DNA of 64,000 nt, taken from the NCBI GenBank assembly GCA_002269645.1, contig NIVC01000283.1, positions 248,001 to 312,000 of the forward strand, given 5' to 3'. Position numbers and translations under genes: made by a program. Positions within the stretch are counted from its first letter, which is position 1. The number at the start of each line of letters is the position of its first letter. Source of the stretch: Macrostomum lignano (taxonomy: Eukaryota). This document shows positions 46,884 through 63,509 of this stretch, in pieces. The notes below the pieces were generated by a model that did not search any database, had not been told where the DNA came from, and worked only from the letters and a program-made list of their open reading frames with translations.

Positions 46884-49800
46884 ATGGCGTCGCTGTCTCG
46901 AGAGAACCTGCGGGAGCTTCCCTGGACAGAGGACAAATTCGAGGCCTGGATCGAGCGGTTTGAAGCCGTCTGCAGGAGATCCGGTGTGAAGGATGAGAAG
47001 GAGGAAGGGTTTTCGCCCAAGACCGACTTCTTCATAAGCCTCATAGGGGAAACTGCCTACGACAAGCTGCGGAACCTGGTCGCTCCGGCGAAGCCAGAGA
47101 ACAAGACCTTCAAGGAATTGATGGATGAAATTGAGAAGCATGTCGTGCCGCAGAAGAAACTGGTTGTAGCTGAGCGCTACAAGTTTAACTTACTGAAGCA
47201 AGATGAATACGAATCAGCGGCAGATTTTGAGAACAGGTTACGTGCTCAAGCAGACCGATGTCAATTCGGAGATTTCCTACAGGAAGCTTTGCGAGACAGA
47301 TTCGTGGCAGGACTGCGCAGTGAGTCGGTGGTGAAAGAGCTGCTTATCAAAGACCCGCTGACCCTGGAGCTGGCGGTGGAGACTGCCACGGCGCAAGAGC
47401 AAGTAAGCAAGAGTGCCTTAAGCGCTAATGGAAAGGTGGAAACAGTCAGTGCGACCAAGGGCAGAGTACGACAACAAAACAGGGCCCAAGCTCAGGGACG
47501 CACATTCAGCAATGCTTGCAATTTCTGTATGAAGAGGCACCCGCCAAAGGCATGCCCTGCGTTTGGAGCAAAATGTCGAAAATGTGGGAAAATGAACCAT
47601 TTTGAAGCTGCATGTAAGCTTAACAAGCCAGCTAGCTCACATGGAAGGATGGCATCCGGCTCCATCAAAGGAAAGCTGTCAATGCGAGAGTGTGCAGGAA
47701 TCGAGGAGGATAAACCAGCCAAGGACAAAGAGCTTTTTAGCTTATGCGATGACCGGGACAGATCAAGCGTCTGGATCAATGTAAAACTGAACGATAAGGA
47801 CGTTGGTATGATGGTGGACTCTGGAGCATCAGTGACCTGCATTCCTAAGATTTTGGCTGAACAACTAGGACTGCATTGGACAGACCCAAATTGTCGACTA
47901 ACATCATATGGAGGACAAGACCTACCAGTATGTGGTACCGCAGATGTTCGAGTTCAGACCGAAGATGAAAGTGAGTGCTCATTACCTGTGGTAGTCATGG
48001 ACATGAACGCAAAGCCGGTTATTGGCTGAAATTGGTTTAGTAGTTTGGGTATCGAAGTTACCAAACGCCGTTGTCAAGCTTCAGTGGCTTATAAGCGAAT
48101 TCAAGTGAAGTTGGAAGTACGAGAAAACACGAGACCGGTGGTATCGAGGGACCGACCACTCCCATTTTCGCTGGTACCAGCTGTTAAGGAAAGATTAGAA
48201 GATCTGGAAAAGCGGAAGATAATTGAAAAAGTAGAACAGCCGGTGTTCGCTAGTCCGATTGTGGTCGTTCCCAAAAGCTCGGGAGACATCAGGCTGTGTG
48301 GAGACTATAGACGGGTCAACCAGTTTTTACGGCTACCGCCAATCGATATGCCAACAAAGGCGGATGTGCAACGAGCCATCTCAGGATGCAGCCGTTTCAC
48401 TGTGCTAGATTTGAAGGATGCATACCATAACCTGGAGCTGTGCGAGGACTCACGGGATATCACTACTATCGCAACACCTTTTGGTTACTTTCGGTACAGG
48501 GTATTACCATACGGACTGTCATCTGCTCCTGGATTGTTTCAGAACACACTATGCGAGTTGCTTCGGGATGTCCTCGGAGTGGTGGTGTTCATTGCCGACA
48601 TTCTAGTCTGTGGAAAAAACCGGGAAAATTTAGCCGGGAAGACGGAAATAATACTTAAAAGGCTGCAAGAAAATGACATCACACTGAATGCTAAGAAGTG
48701 CCAGTTCGACAAGGAGGAGGTCGAGTTTCTAGCCCTTAAGATCTCAAAGGATGGATGCTGCATGAACGAGGATAAGGTAACGGCAATACAAAGCATGTAA
48801 GATCCAAGAAACCAGGAAGAGCTGAGAACTTTTCTGGGACTGATAAATTTCTATGCGCCGTTCATTCCGCAAGTGGCCACGAAGACTGCCATTCTGTATG
48901 ACCTGCTGAAGAAAGATGTCAGCTGGACATGGCAAGAAGAACACACAAAGGCCGTGATGCAATTGAAGCAGGACATTACATCAAGGCAGGTGCTAGCGCC
49001 GTACGATCCAAGTGAGGAGCTAACTCTGACTACAGATGCATCGCCCTACGGCATTGGAGGAGTGCTGGAGCAGAATGGAAGGCCTGTAGCGTTTGTGTCC
49101 AAGAAACTCACACCTGCCGAGTCGCGATACAGCCAACTTGAGCGAGAAGCTCTTGGTGTGGTTTGGTGCGTCAAGAAGCTAAATAGATTTCTGGCCTATC
49201 GAAGTTTTGTGATTGTGACAGATCACAGACCGCTAGAATTTCTGTTCGCATCTCACAAGGACCTGCCTGAAAGAGCAAGCAAACGAGTGCAGCGCTGGGC
49301 GGAACTGCTTGCAACGTACCAATATAACATCAGAGGGAAAAGGACACACGAAATTCCACATGCAGACGCGCTATCAAGACTCCCAACTGAAGGAAACAAC
49401 TGGAGTGATAGGTCAGCGACTGAAGCAGTGAACGAAATCGCTGCGGTGGATATCTCCCTGTCCGACGAAGGACCAGTCACTGCGGATCAAATAGAACAGG
49501 CAACCCGAAAAGACGTGGAGATCCAAGAAGTTCTAGGTCGTTTGCGATCTGGGGAAGAAATTCCAGAGCCGTTCCGAAGAGTGCAGAATAGACTGAGCTG
49601 CGAGGATAACCTGCTGCTATTTGATCAACGAATTGCCATCCCGTCAAAGTTGAGAGCACAAGTTATGCGCTTCCTCCATGATTCCCATCCAGGTATCCAA
49701 GCAATGAAGGCTTGGGCGCGGCAGTATGTGTGGTGGCCAAATATGGAGGCGGAGATTGAAAAGTGCGTGGCCGAGTGTCACACGTGTCAACGCCTAAGAC

Positions 49801-50527
49801 CGTCACAGAAAGCTGTGCTCAGACCGTGGCCAGTACCAAAGGAAGCCTGGTGCCGAGTGCATGCTGACCTAGGTCAATTAGAAGGAAGAAATTTTCTCGT
49901 GGTCTCGGACGCCAAGACTGGATTTATTAGCGCCGAATGGGTTCGTGATACTGATGCGGCAGCCATCAAATCAAAGTGCTGCGAAGAACGTTTTGCAACT
50001 TTGGCATCCCGGAAGTACTGGTTACTGACAATGGACCACAGTTCGTTGCAAGTGAAACAGAAGCCTGGTTGAAGCGAATTGGAGTGCTACACCTCAAGTC
50101 ACCCAGATACCATCCCGCTTCGAATGGAGTAGCCGAGGTAGCAGTGAAAAAACTGAAGACCAAGCTAAAACAGCTAAACGATCCAGACCCGGAAGTTCGA
50201 ATGCAACAAGCTTTGTACGCCATTCGAGTCTGCCCAAGAGCCAACGGTGTCGCTCCGTGTCGAGAAATATTTGGGCGCCAGTTTAATACTAGACTGTCAC
50301 TGCTACATCGTCGGTCGTTCCAGGACAAGAAAACGGATCAAATTCACAGTCCTGTTTGGGTCCAAGATCCCTTCAACAAGGAGTGGAGGGAGGGAGTACT
50401 TCAAGAAGCGGTTGGAGAACAGCTGAGACGAGTACAGGACCATAGAGGACGAGATCTGGTGGTGCACCGGAACCATGTCAGAGACAGAGCAGAGGCTGAA
50501 ACCCACAAGCCTATCGAAGACGATTAA
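46884..50527 (+). pseudogene. Single gag-pol ORF (gag, CCHC, PR, RT, RNase H, IN), inactivated
   Basis: CRKCGKMNHFEAAC; VDSGAS; CGDYRRVN; LDLKDAYHNL; LPYGLSSAP; TDASPYGIG; HDSHPG..CHTC; TDNGPQF. Stops at 48027-48029 and 48798-48800, frameshift ~49975, and RT YxDD reads FIAD. Confidence 0.95.
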
Positions 50528-50760
50528 GAACCAAGTTCAATTTAACCTTCGGAGTCCAGGTACCCAGTGCGGATCCGGAGAGCACCGGACAGGTACCAAG
50601 CATCTTGAAGGAAAGAGGGATGATATGACGTGACTATAATATTGATATTATTTTAATTGCATATGCAGTTTGACGCGTTTTGTTTTATCTATGGACTAAA
50701 TGAAGCTGCAAAACAGGCTTGGGTTAAAAGCCCGCTGTGAGAATGTGAAATAAAGAGAAA

Positions 50761-50919
50761 TGTTGTGCTTTTGGCTTTTAGCCTTTAGCAATTGTCAGTC
50801 TAGCGGTCTGTTGACCTCTGACGCGTCTATCATTTATTTCATAACTCAATAGCATGGTTCAATTCATCAACGCAGTCGCGTAACAAAAATGTCTATGGCA
50901 AAGCCATCAACCCACAACA
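50761..50919. mobile_element. 159-bp solo LTR inserted in the 3' LTR
   Basis: TGTTGTG...CACAACA termini. 5-bp TSD AGAAA (50756-50760, 50920-50924). Removing it restores the 5' LTR sequence. Confidence 0.9.
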
Positions 50920-51367
50920 AGAAATAAGAGCAAGACTAAGAACCTTGGAGCAGCGTAAAAGTCTGCTATGATATCAGCACTAATAACTAGCGTCTTAAGC
51001 ATATTGAAGTAACCTGAGAAAACATAACAATTTGGTGCTCGTGACCGAAAATTGGCCTGAGACTTAATTTGTGAGGGCCACTCCAAGTAACAGAGTGTAC
51101 AATAGACATTTCTTATGTTTAACAACTGCGTGAGCGTGTGGTTGCGTGTCCGTGTGCCTGTGCACCCTACTATAAAGAACCAACCACTAACCAACCTGAG
51201 TCACAGCCGATCGATGCTGAGAATAGCCGAGTATACAAACAAAAGTGAAAAGACCCCTCACAGATTTCTTTAGAGCTAAAAATAGCGATTTCGACCAAGA
51301 ACAGATTTTGCCCCAACACAAGAAAGAACCTGCTTTTGAAAGTCCAGAGCACGGTTTTGATAACTGT

Positions 51368-55083
<3,716 letters not shown>

Positions 55084-58000
55084 TTTGATAACTGTACATT
55101 GTCACTTTTCATGGAACATCATGAACATCATTGTTATGAAACATCACTTTCTTCAATTTTTACTTCTGCAACGTGCGCAGTTGACCCATGTCGCTCATAC
55201 ATGCATGTATCTCTTCTTTTGCTTTGCTTGCTGTGACAATATTAAAGAAGAGTTCAACCGCAGACGAACTGACTGTTACTAACCGCTGACAGAGTATTTA
55301 AAAGATCGACACACAACGGAAGCTCTCGGTCAGAGCCACTGGTTCCGTTTATCACCCACCTCAGTCAGCCCAGCCGCAGTTTAAACAGTTCAAAATTAAA
55401 ATTTTCTGCTGCAGAGCATTTAAAAGTGTAATTAAGTATTTACGCTCGATTGTACATATTGAATGTGAAATTTTAGTACACATCAAATAGGATATGATAT
55501 CAGAGATTGGAGTGCAACCATCGATAGTCATCTTCCAATTTCTGTCCCCCGCTTTGTCTGCCTCTTCCATCGCATTCTCGAACGCCAAATGAGCATTGCG
55601 AGGATTTGCTCAGTGAAATCTGACTCAATGAGACAGTCCTTTTCGAGCAGGGAATTGTGAGTAGCTGGCTAGCTTAGCTGGACAGCCCAAAAGAAAATTT
55701 TTTGCTAAAAAAATTTTGGCCTATTTTCAGTGGCTCAGTGGCATCACCAACTGGGGACAGAGGGAAGTAAAAGCCATGGAGGACATGCCGATGCTTTGTG
55801 ACCAGTTTGTGGAAATCAATAGTTTTGCTTTAGGGCGCTAAAAGGAGTGCCTGTGGCGCCAAAGTACTCCGTAGGATTGATAGATTTTGACGATTAAATA
55901 ATAACACTTCCTTGAATTAAATGCAGTATAACAAGACTAGATATTCAGCACATGGGAATATTAATTTAGGAATAAAACCTACCCAGCCTATTAAAGTTTT
56001 AGACAATCGCATAAATTTTCTGGTGATTATTGTTTTAAACAATAGGAAAATGCGAAAAAATTCCGTTGCGCACTAGTTCGGTTCAGAACCACGCCATTGT
56101 CACCAACAACGTAAATGTTTACATACATTGCGATCCCAATAAACCACTAGCTAGCCTTAATTACCAGATAACGTGCAAATTACCAGCTACCTAAGGTAGT
56201 TCAAATAACGTTAGTGTCAATTTACAATCTGGGATATTAGCCACATGGAGTTGAGTTTATAGGCGGATTTGCTTTAGTGCAAAGTTTTGATAAGCTAATT
56301 ATAAGTGCAAGAATAGGAAAAACATTTTTTACATAGAAAAACTTTTTTATTGAAATAAATACTGAGGAAAATGTTTTTTCCTTTAGCTTTCATAGGCGCT
56401 TCTGCATGTCTTATATTTATTCATTTAAATAAAAAACGAATGAACACGAGAAATTCATCTGCAAGTTTTTTCATCCGGCGCTGTAGTGTTATGACTTAAA
56501 AACGATGGTTGAGTTATAAATATGGGACGTGCGGTAAAAATTCATTAATTATTTGATTCCTTGCGTCATCAAACATGTGTTTTGAAGACTGATTAGTTTA
56601 GAACGACTTTGCTAAACCAACGGTTGGACTATAATTATAATTTTCTGGTCAACTCGCCGGCACTTGCAGTTGTGCGATTTTTACGAAAGATATTTGGTGC
56701 GATAATATTCGAAAAAAAAAATGTATGACTAAAGGTTCATCCCGAATTAAAATTCACTGGAGCTGTCCTGGCTCCTAAGACGAATACTGCAATTGAACAC
56801 TGTACTGCGAAACTGCAAGGCACTGCCAGCGTACACAAATGTACGCGTAAATAGAAAAAAGTTGTACGTCTATAAGTTGGTCGTTCTTGTGTCATAATTT
56901 AGAGATGCAGTAAAACAAACGTAAGCAATGAACTAAAAATAATCGACAGCATTTTCTAATATGATTAGATAATACTGATAACAACACAAAGGAAAATAAT
57001 TTCAAAAATCTTAAGTCAAGAAAATTAATCACGAATTCGGCAACGTCACAGTGTTATTCCTTTCCCTGATCATTTTATCCTGAAAATCGAGTTTTTGTTT
57101 TCCACTGGATTTCACGAGCTAAGAACAGGAGCGTAAATATTAAGCTGTTTGGAGAGTATTTATTTGAAATTAAATTGGAACTTTCATGTAAGGAAACGCA
57201 TAAATAACTCATGCATCTCCTAAAACACTACGACGCGTTGAAGAAAAAGTTGCTTATCAATATACTCCCAGTAGAAATAGGTGGCGAAAGTCGACACGCA
57301 TCCAGCATATTGTAGTACTCGGACGGAAAAAAAACTTTTTATATCGAATTGCCCGCCGAGATTTGCCCCCGGTGCATTTTAGTGACTCGTTCTTTAACTG
57401 CAGTCGTTTGACTCGTAAAGCTCTCTTACGAAATATCGTGTTAATGTAGAGTCTCAACGATTTTAACATCGTAATTTGCGTGGAATTTTTATTAGGTATT
57501 TTTGTAATAAAACTGATCGGTTATATATGAGTAGTTAAAAATCAATCAATGTGTAAATCAAAATAATTAATGAATAGCCATGAGCCCTAGCTACAAGTTT
57601 GGCGCTTATTATGATTGCTAGTAGACTTTTTTTAAAAACGCATTGCAAAGGAGACATCAATCCTTGATATTTATCTGGTCTTGAGGAAATTGACTGAGTC
57701 TTGAATCAATTCAAAATTAAGTCTTGTGCCGACGTCACAAAGCCGGTTTACTAGAATCAACTTTACTAATTTCTTTGTACTTCAACGAATTGCAACATTT
57801 TAAAACACGTTTGAACCGTTCTTATCTTTCTTTCAAAGACGTTCGATGTAAAAAGAGTATCTGTACGGCAGACGCAATCGGATTGAAACTGAACCGGAAC
57901 TGTACTGGATCGGAACTGGATTACGGTAGAGCGAATCTCGAGGCTCAGTAAAAAAACTCAATAATTATCAAAGGGGTGTGGCGGCAGCAGGTGGCAAAGC

Positions 58001-58465
58001 ACAGATTAGCTCAGCATTGCAAATTCTATTGTACGTCGTAATTGTGGGAGTGTCATTTTTAACCGAGAGACAGATAGTGCTGGCACACAAAATGCTTCCT
58101 GTACCGCTTATCTAAGCTTGATTAATTTTAAAGAAACTAATTAGGCTCGGCGAAATTAAGTACAAATAAAAGTGTCAAGGTAAATTAACACACGGCTGAT
58201 AAAAACGATAAAATAACTCCAAGAAAGAAGAACCGCCGATGCACGCGAATTTAACTGAGAACCCAACAGTTGCGGCCATATTTTAACCGTAATTAGCTTC
58301 TCACTTTTCTATAAATATTGAGATGCTTGGAACTTCAAATTACTCTGCAGTTGAAACAACTGAAGGAAAAGTAGTTGAATTGGATTTGTTAGAATCGTTT
58401 GAATTGCACTGCTTGTTAGGAGGTCCTTTTGACGAATATTTAACTACGAGCAGCTCATAATCGCG

Positions 58466-59779
58466 ATGCGCGTTCTTGCACTGATCTGCGTCCTGGCGCT
58501 CTGCAACCAGTGGGCAGTTGGAATGGATCTGCGCCGGCAGACAAGTAAGTTTCTACTCGCTTTATTAGATTGCTAATGTCAGCGGACGCTGCTTAGACGA
58601 TTTGGTTGAACATTATCCCACAGGATTCATCCCGATGAAAGTCTGCTACGACGGCCTCGGCTGCTTCAGCACTGGTGGAAACTTCTACGATCTGTGGAGA
58701 CGGCCGATTCAACTGCTGCCGCAGAGCCCCGACCGCATCCGACCGATCTTCGCGCTTTACACCCGCAGGAACATCGTTGCCGGTCAGAGAATCGTCTACA
58801 ACAACAAGGCCAGCGTTACTGGCTCCAACTTTAACCCGAGACAGCCGACTAAGTTCATCATCCACGGCTTCCTTGACCCCGGGGATGTCGCCTGGATGGT
58901 CGACATGAGGAAAGCTCTGCTTCTGCACGGAGACTACAATGTGATACAAGTTGACTGGAGCAATGGAAACCAGCTGCCCTACACCCAGGCTACGGCCAAC
59001 ACTCGCGTGGTCGGAGCTCTGATTGCCCAGCTCATCATGTGGCTGGAGACCCAGTTCGGAGCCAACCGTGAGCAGTTCCACCTTCTCGGCCACAGCCTCG
59101 GCTCGCACATCGCCGGATACGCGGGCGAGAGGCTCACCGGAAGTCGGCGACTCGGCCGCATTACCGGCATGGACCCTGCCGGTCCGTACTTCGAGAACAC
59201 GCACCCGGAGGTCCGGCTCGACCCCACGGACGCTCGATTCGTCGACGCCATCCACACTGACGGCGACAGCCTGCTGAGCAGCATTTCCCTCAAAGGCGGC
59301 TTCGGCATGATGCAGGCGGTGGGTCACGTGGATTTCTACGCTAACGGTGGTAAAAAGCAGCCGGACTGCACGCAGAACCCCATCACCAACATCATCATTG
59401 ATGGTATTATCGAAGGCACAAAGTGGACTATTGCCTGCGACCATCTCCGGGTGCTGCCGATGGTGACCAGCACCATTGAGCACCAGCAGGGAAACTACAA
59501 AGCTTTCCCGTGCGACTCCTACGCGAACTTCAAGGCCGGCAGGTGTTCGAGCTGCGGTAGCGTCGGCTGCGCGCAGATGGGCATCAAAGCCAACGAGTGG
59601 AACCCGAACGGCCGCACCAACGTGAAGATGTTCCTTGACACTGCTGGTAAAGCGCCCTTTGAGAGCACTGGTGAGTTTCTTGGTTTTATCATCCATTTTT
59701 AGTTACTATCATCGTCAAATTGTAAAACATCGTAATTGTAAAACAAAAACCTTCGTAAATTTCCACAGGTCCCCGCTAA
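58466..59779 (+). CDS. Pancreatic-lipase-family secreted lipase 1 (catalytic domain only); exons 58466-58544, 58597-59670, probable 59769-59779
   Basis: Signal peptide; CYDGLGCF; IIHGF; GHSLG nucleophile; GMDPAGP; DAIHTD; GHVDFYANGG.KQPDC lid...CDH. 52-bp intron 1. The last exon (G|GTCCCCGCTAA) is less certain. Confidence 0.88.
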
Positions 59780-60563
59780 ATCACCTCCAGGCCGAGGAAA
59801 AAGAGATCTGAAGCAGACCTATCGGTGTTGTTAATTATCCTAAATTTTCTGTATTGTATAAAACTGATTGCATAGCAATACTATCGAATAAGACTATAAA
59901 AATATATACAAGTTTTGGTGCCCGTTTTTGCCACGCCTAATAGAAAATATTTTTGTTTTTGTTTAAGTTTTTTCTGACTAAATTAAATCGATATTTTAGC
60001 TAGCTTAGCTTAATCGCTACGAGTCATACCTTTACTACTTTTGTGTGGCTAGCTGTTACCTGTCGTTAAATGAAACTAGACTTAGCAATTTAAAAATTTT
60101 ATCTTCCACGGAGAAAATAAAAAAGTGCAGAAGTAATACTGCTCCACAATCGATAAGCAGAATAAATATATTAGCGGAATCGAACTCGCTGTGAGACTTT
60201 GGCAGCTGTAGCAGCACACAAATCGCCGGGACTGCTGATAGACGGCAGCTAACAAATAGATTGAGTCTTGGAAATTTCAGGTGCTCTTACTGAGTGAACG
60301 AGAAGTGTTTTGTTCAATTATAATAATTTCGATCCAACAAGTACAAAAGCCGCACAGCCAAGTGTCAGCAAGTCCAAAACCGGTTGCATGAGACCTGCAG
60401 CAGGTGAGACATGAGCTGACAGTCGGTTGAGATAGCTGCATGTATTTGTGAACGTGACGATATCCACATACCTTGAAATAAAAGCTCTGCATGGCCACAA
60501 AATCACTAAAATTTTGCTTTGTTCTGGAATAAAACTTAAAATACAAAGACTCTGGAAGAAAGC

Positions 60564-63509
60564 ATGCTGGTTTTAATGCTTGGATGCACTCTGCTGCTGT
60601 TCTCAGCTGCAGGCCGTATTGACGCCAATTCTATCGGAAAAAGTAAGCTCTATTTATTGCGTAGTTGCGCTACCGAAAAATATTCTACTTAATTTTGCCG
60701 CTGATTAAAGGTTTTTGTAGGTGCTAATTTTCTTTTCAAGAGTTTAGAGATACTTCTATGCTCGCTCAAGCTACTCTTTTAGTAAGCAGTCTGAATAACC
60801 TGACCCAAGAATAAATCATAGTGGAAAGAGCATGCTGACATAAGTATCAATCAATTTGCTCCTAACAGTTCTGGAGATGTAAATTTCGACAAAATCGGTA
60901 CAATTCTTGGGTGAACAATAAAGAGTATTTGTACACTTCGAGACACCAAGCGACAATAAAAACACTAAAGTCATACAAACACGAGGGTGAAACGCTAAAT
61001 GAATAACAGTTTACCACCGAATCCCAGGATTCGTCCCACAAAAGGTCTGCTACGACGGTCTCGGCTGCTTCAGCACCGGTGGAAACTTTTACGACCTTTG
61101 GAACCGGCCGATTCAACTGCTGCCGCAGAGCCCTGACCACCTCCGACCGACTTACGCGCTGTTCACCCTGCGCAATCCGATGTTGCCTCAGATTTTACGC
61201 TACGGCGACAAGGCAATCATTGAAAAGTCCAACTTCAACCCGAAACTGCCAACTAAGATGGTCATTCACGGTTTCGTTGACGACATAAATGTGCCCTGGG
61301 TGGGCGAGATGAAAAAAGCTCTGCTGCTGCACGGAGACCACAATGTAGTGCTGGTGGACTGGAGCAAGGGCAACCAGCTGCCCTACACCCAGGCTACGGC
61401 CAACACTCGCGTGGTCGGAGCTCTGATCGCCCAGCTCATCATGTGGCTGGAGACCCAGTTCGGAGCCAACCGTGAGCAGTTCCACCTTCTCGGCCACAGC
61501 CTCGGCTCGCACATCGCCGGATACGCGGGCGAGAGGCTCACCGGAAGTCGGCGACTCGGCCGCATCACCGGCATGGACCCGGCCGGTCCGTACTTCGAGA
61601 ATACACACCCGGAGGTCCGGCTCGACCCCACGGACGCTCGATTCGTCGACGCCATCCACACTGACGGCGACAGCCTGCTGAACAGCATCAAGCTTCAGGG
61701 CGGAATGGGACTCATGCAGCCCGTTGGTCACGTGGACTTTTACCCGAACGGTGGCAAGAAGCAGCCCGACTGCTCCCAGAACCCCATTACCGGCATCATC
61801 ATCAATGGCATCGTTGAGGGCACAAAGTGGGTCGTCGCCTGCTACCACATGCGAGTGCTTCAGCTGGTGTCCACCACCCTGATTCACGCGCAAGGCGACT
61901 ACAAGGCCTTTCCCTGCGATTCCTACGAGAACTTTAAGGCGGGAAAGTGCGCCGGCTGTGGCATCACCGGCTGCGCTCAGATGGGCATCCGGGCAGCCGA
62001 GTGGAACCCGAGCGGCCTCACGAACGTGAAGATGTTCCTGGACACCGCTGGCCATGAGCCTTACGAGAGTGAGTTGACTTCCTTATTTATCTGAAGGTTT
62101 GGATTCAATCGATTGATTTTTAATAAAAGTAATGAAACTGAACCTTGAATTCGCAGTGCACCACTACTTTGCCAAGATAATCATCTCGGGCGTGTCGAAC
62201 GCCAAACAGCAGTACGGAGACCTGTTTCTCACGCTGGAAGGCGCCGACGGGCAGAGCAGCTCGCAGCTGACAGTCGTTGAGAAATCCTACATGGAGCCTG
62301 GCGAGTTAATCAGCATTGTGCTGACCGGAACTGACCCGGTGTTTGATTTGAAGCGTCTGACTGTCTCCTGGAAGCACCGGTGGAATTTGGCTATCTTGAA
62401 GCAGAAGCTGCACGTGAACCGAGTGGAGATTGTTGAGGGATTTAAGGAGAAGAGGTGAGAGGCTTTCGAGCACTTTATAAATAAGCGTGGAAACTATTTG
62501 GCAGACTGATCCCTGAAGGCTATGAAGATGAGGCCTGACCTGAAGCCTGGGGTGGGGTGTTGAGGCCTGACCGAAGCCTGGGGTGGTGTTGAGGCCTGAC
62601 CGAAGCCTGGGGTGGTGTTGAGGCCTGACCTGAAGCCTAGGGTGGGGGTGTTGAGGCCTGACCGAAGCCTGAGGGGAGGGTGTTGAGGCCTGACCGAAGC
62701 CTGAGGGGAGGGTGTTGAGGCCTGACCGAAGCCTGAGGTGAGGGTGTTGAGGCCTGACCTGAAGCCTTGGGGGGTGTTGAGGCCTGACCTGAAGCCTGAG
62801 GTGAGGGTGTTGAGGCCTGACCTGAAGCCTGAGGTGGAGGTGTTGAGGCCTGACCTGAAGCCTGAGGTGAGGGTGTTGAGGCCTAGCCTGAAGCCTGAGG
62901 TGAGGGTGTTGAGGCCTAGCCTGAAGCCTGAGGTGAGGGTGTTGAGGCCTGACCTGAAGCCTGAGGTGAGGGTGTTGAGGCCTGACCTGAAGCCTGAGGT
63001 GAGGGTGTTGAGGCCTGACCTGAAGCCTGAGGTGAGGGTGTTGAGGCCTAGCCTGAAGCCTGAGGTGAGGGTGTTGAGGCCTAGCCTGAAGCCTGAGGTG
63101 AGGGTGTTGAGGCCTGACCTGAAGCCTGAGGTGAGGGTGTTGAGGCCTAGCCTGAAGCCTGAGGTGAGGGTGTTGAGGCCTAGCCTGAAGCCTGAGGTGA
63201 GGGTGTTGAGGCCTAGCCTGAAGCCTGAGGTGGAGGTGTTGAGGCCTGACCTGAAGCCTTGGGGGGTGTTGAGGCCTGACCTGAAGCCTGAGGTGGAGGT
63301 GTTGAGGCCTGACCTGAAGCCTGAGGTGGAGGTGTTGAGGCCTGACCTGAAAACTAGGTGTTGGAAAATTGTATTTATATTCCTCCAAAATCTCTTGACT
63401 CTACAAAGAACCGCAACCAATTTGCAGGTCGCTGTTCTGCGCCGGCGATGTCGCTATCGAGTCGGGAAAGTCGCTGAGCTTGGTGGCGTCTCCCAGTAGC
63501 CACTGTTGA
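60564..63509 (+). CDS. Pancreatic-lipase-family secreted lipase 2 with C-terminal PLAT domain; exons 60564-60642, 61010-62068, 62157-62454, 63428-63509
   Basis: All GT-AG junctions keep frame. GHSLG, DPAGP and CYH triad motifs. PLAT-like beta domain (HHYFAKIIISG...QYGDLFLTLEG...) ending RSLFCAGD...SHC*. Confidence 0.92.
62530..63351. repeat. 33-bp minisatellite, ~25 copies, in intron 3 of lipase 2
   Basis: Unit GAGGCCTGACCTGAAGCCTGAGGTGAGGGTGTT with variants. Confidence 0.97.

Larger units (their letters stand above)
46639..51029 (+). mobile_element. Ty3/Gypsy (Mag-like) LTR retrotransposon, full length
   Basis: 245-bp LTRs TG...CA (46639-46883; 50621-51029 including a nested insert). 4-bp TSD ATTT. 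PPT GAAGGAAAGAGGGA before the 3' LTR. PBS-like TGGCG overlaps the gag ATG. Confidence 0.97.

Noticed and set aside
51030-51048. TGGTGCTCGTGACCG after the 3' LTR resembling a tRNA-His PBS
   Set aside because: The ATTT TSD closes the element here and no gag follows, so it is treated as flank. A tandem element is not fully excluded.
58593-62055. Long antisense ORFs opposite both lipases (and 54120-55064 opposite the LINE)
   Set aside because: Typical shadow ORFs of GC3-rich coding sequence, with no independent motifs.
62306-63499. Pro/His/Gln-rich and other repeat ORFs on both strands
   Set aside because: They derive from the 33-bp intronic array. The lipase exons splice cleanly around it.
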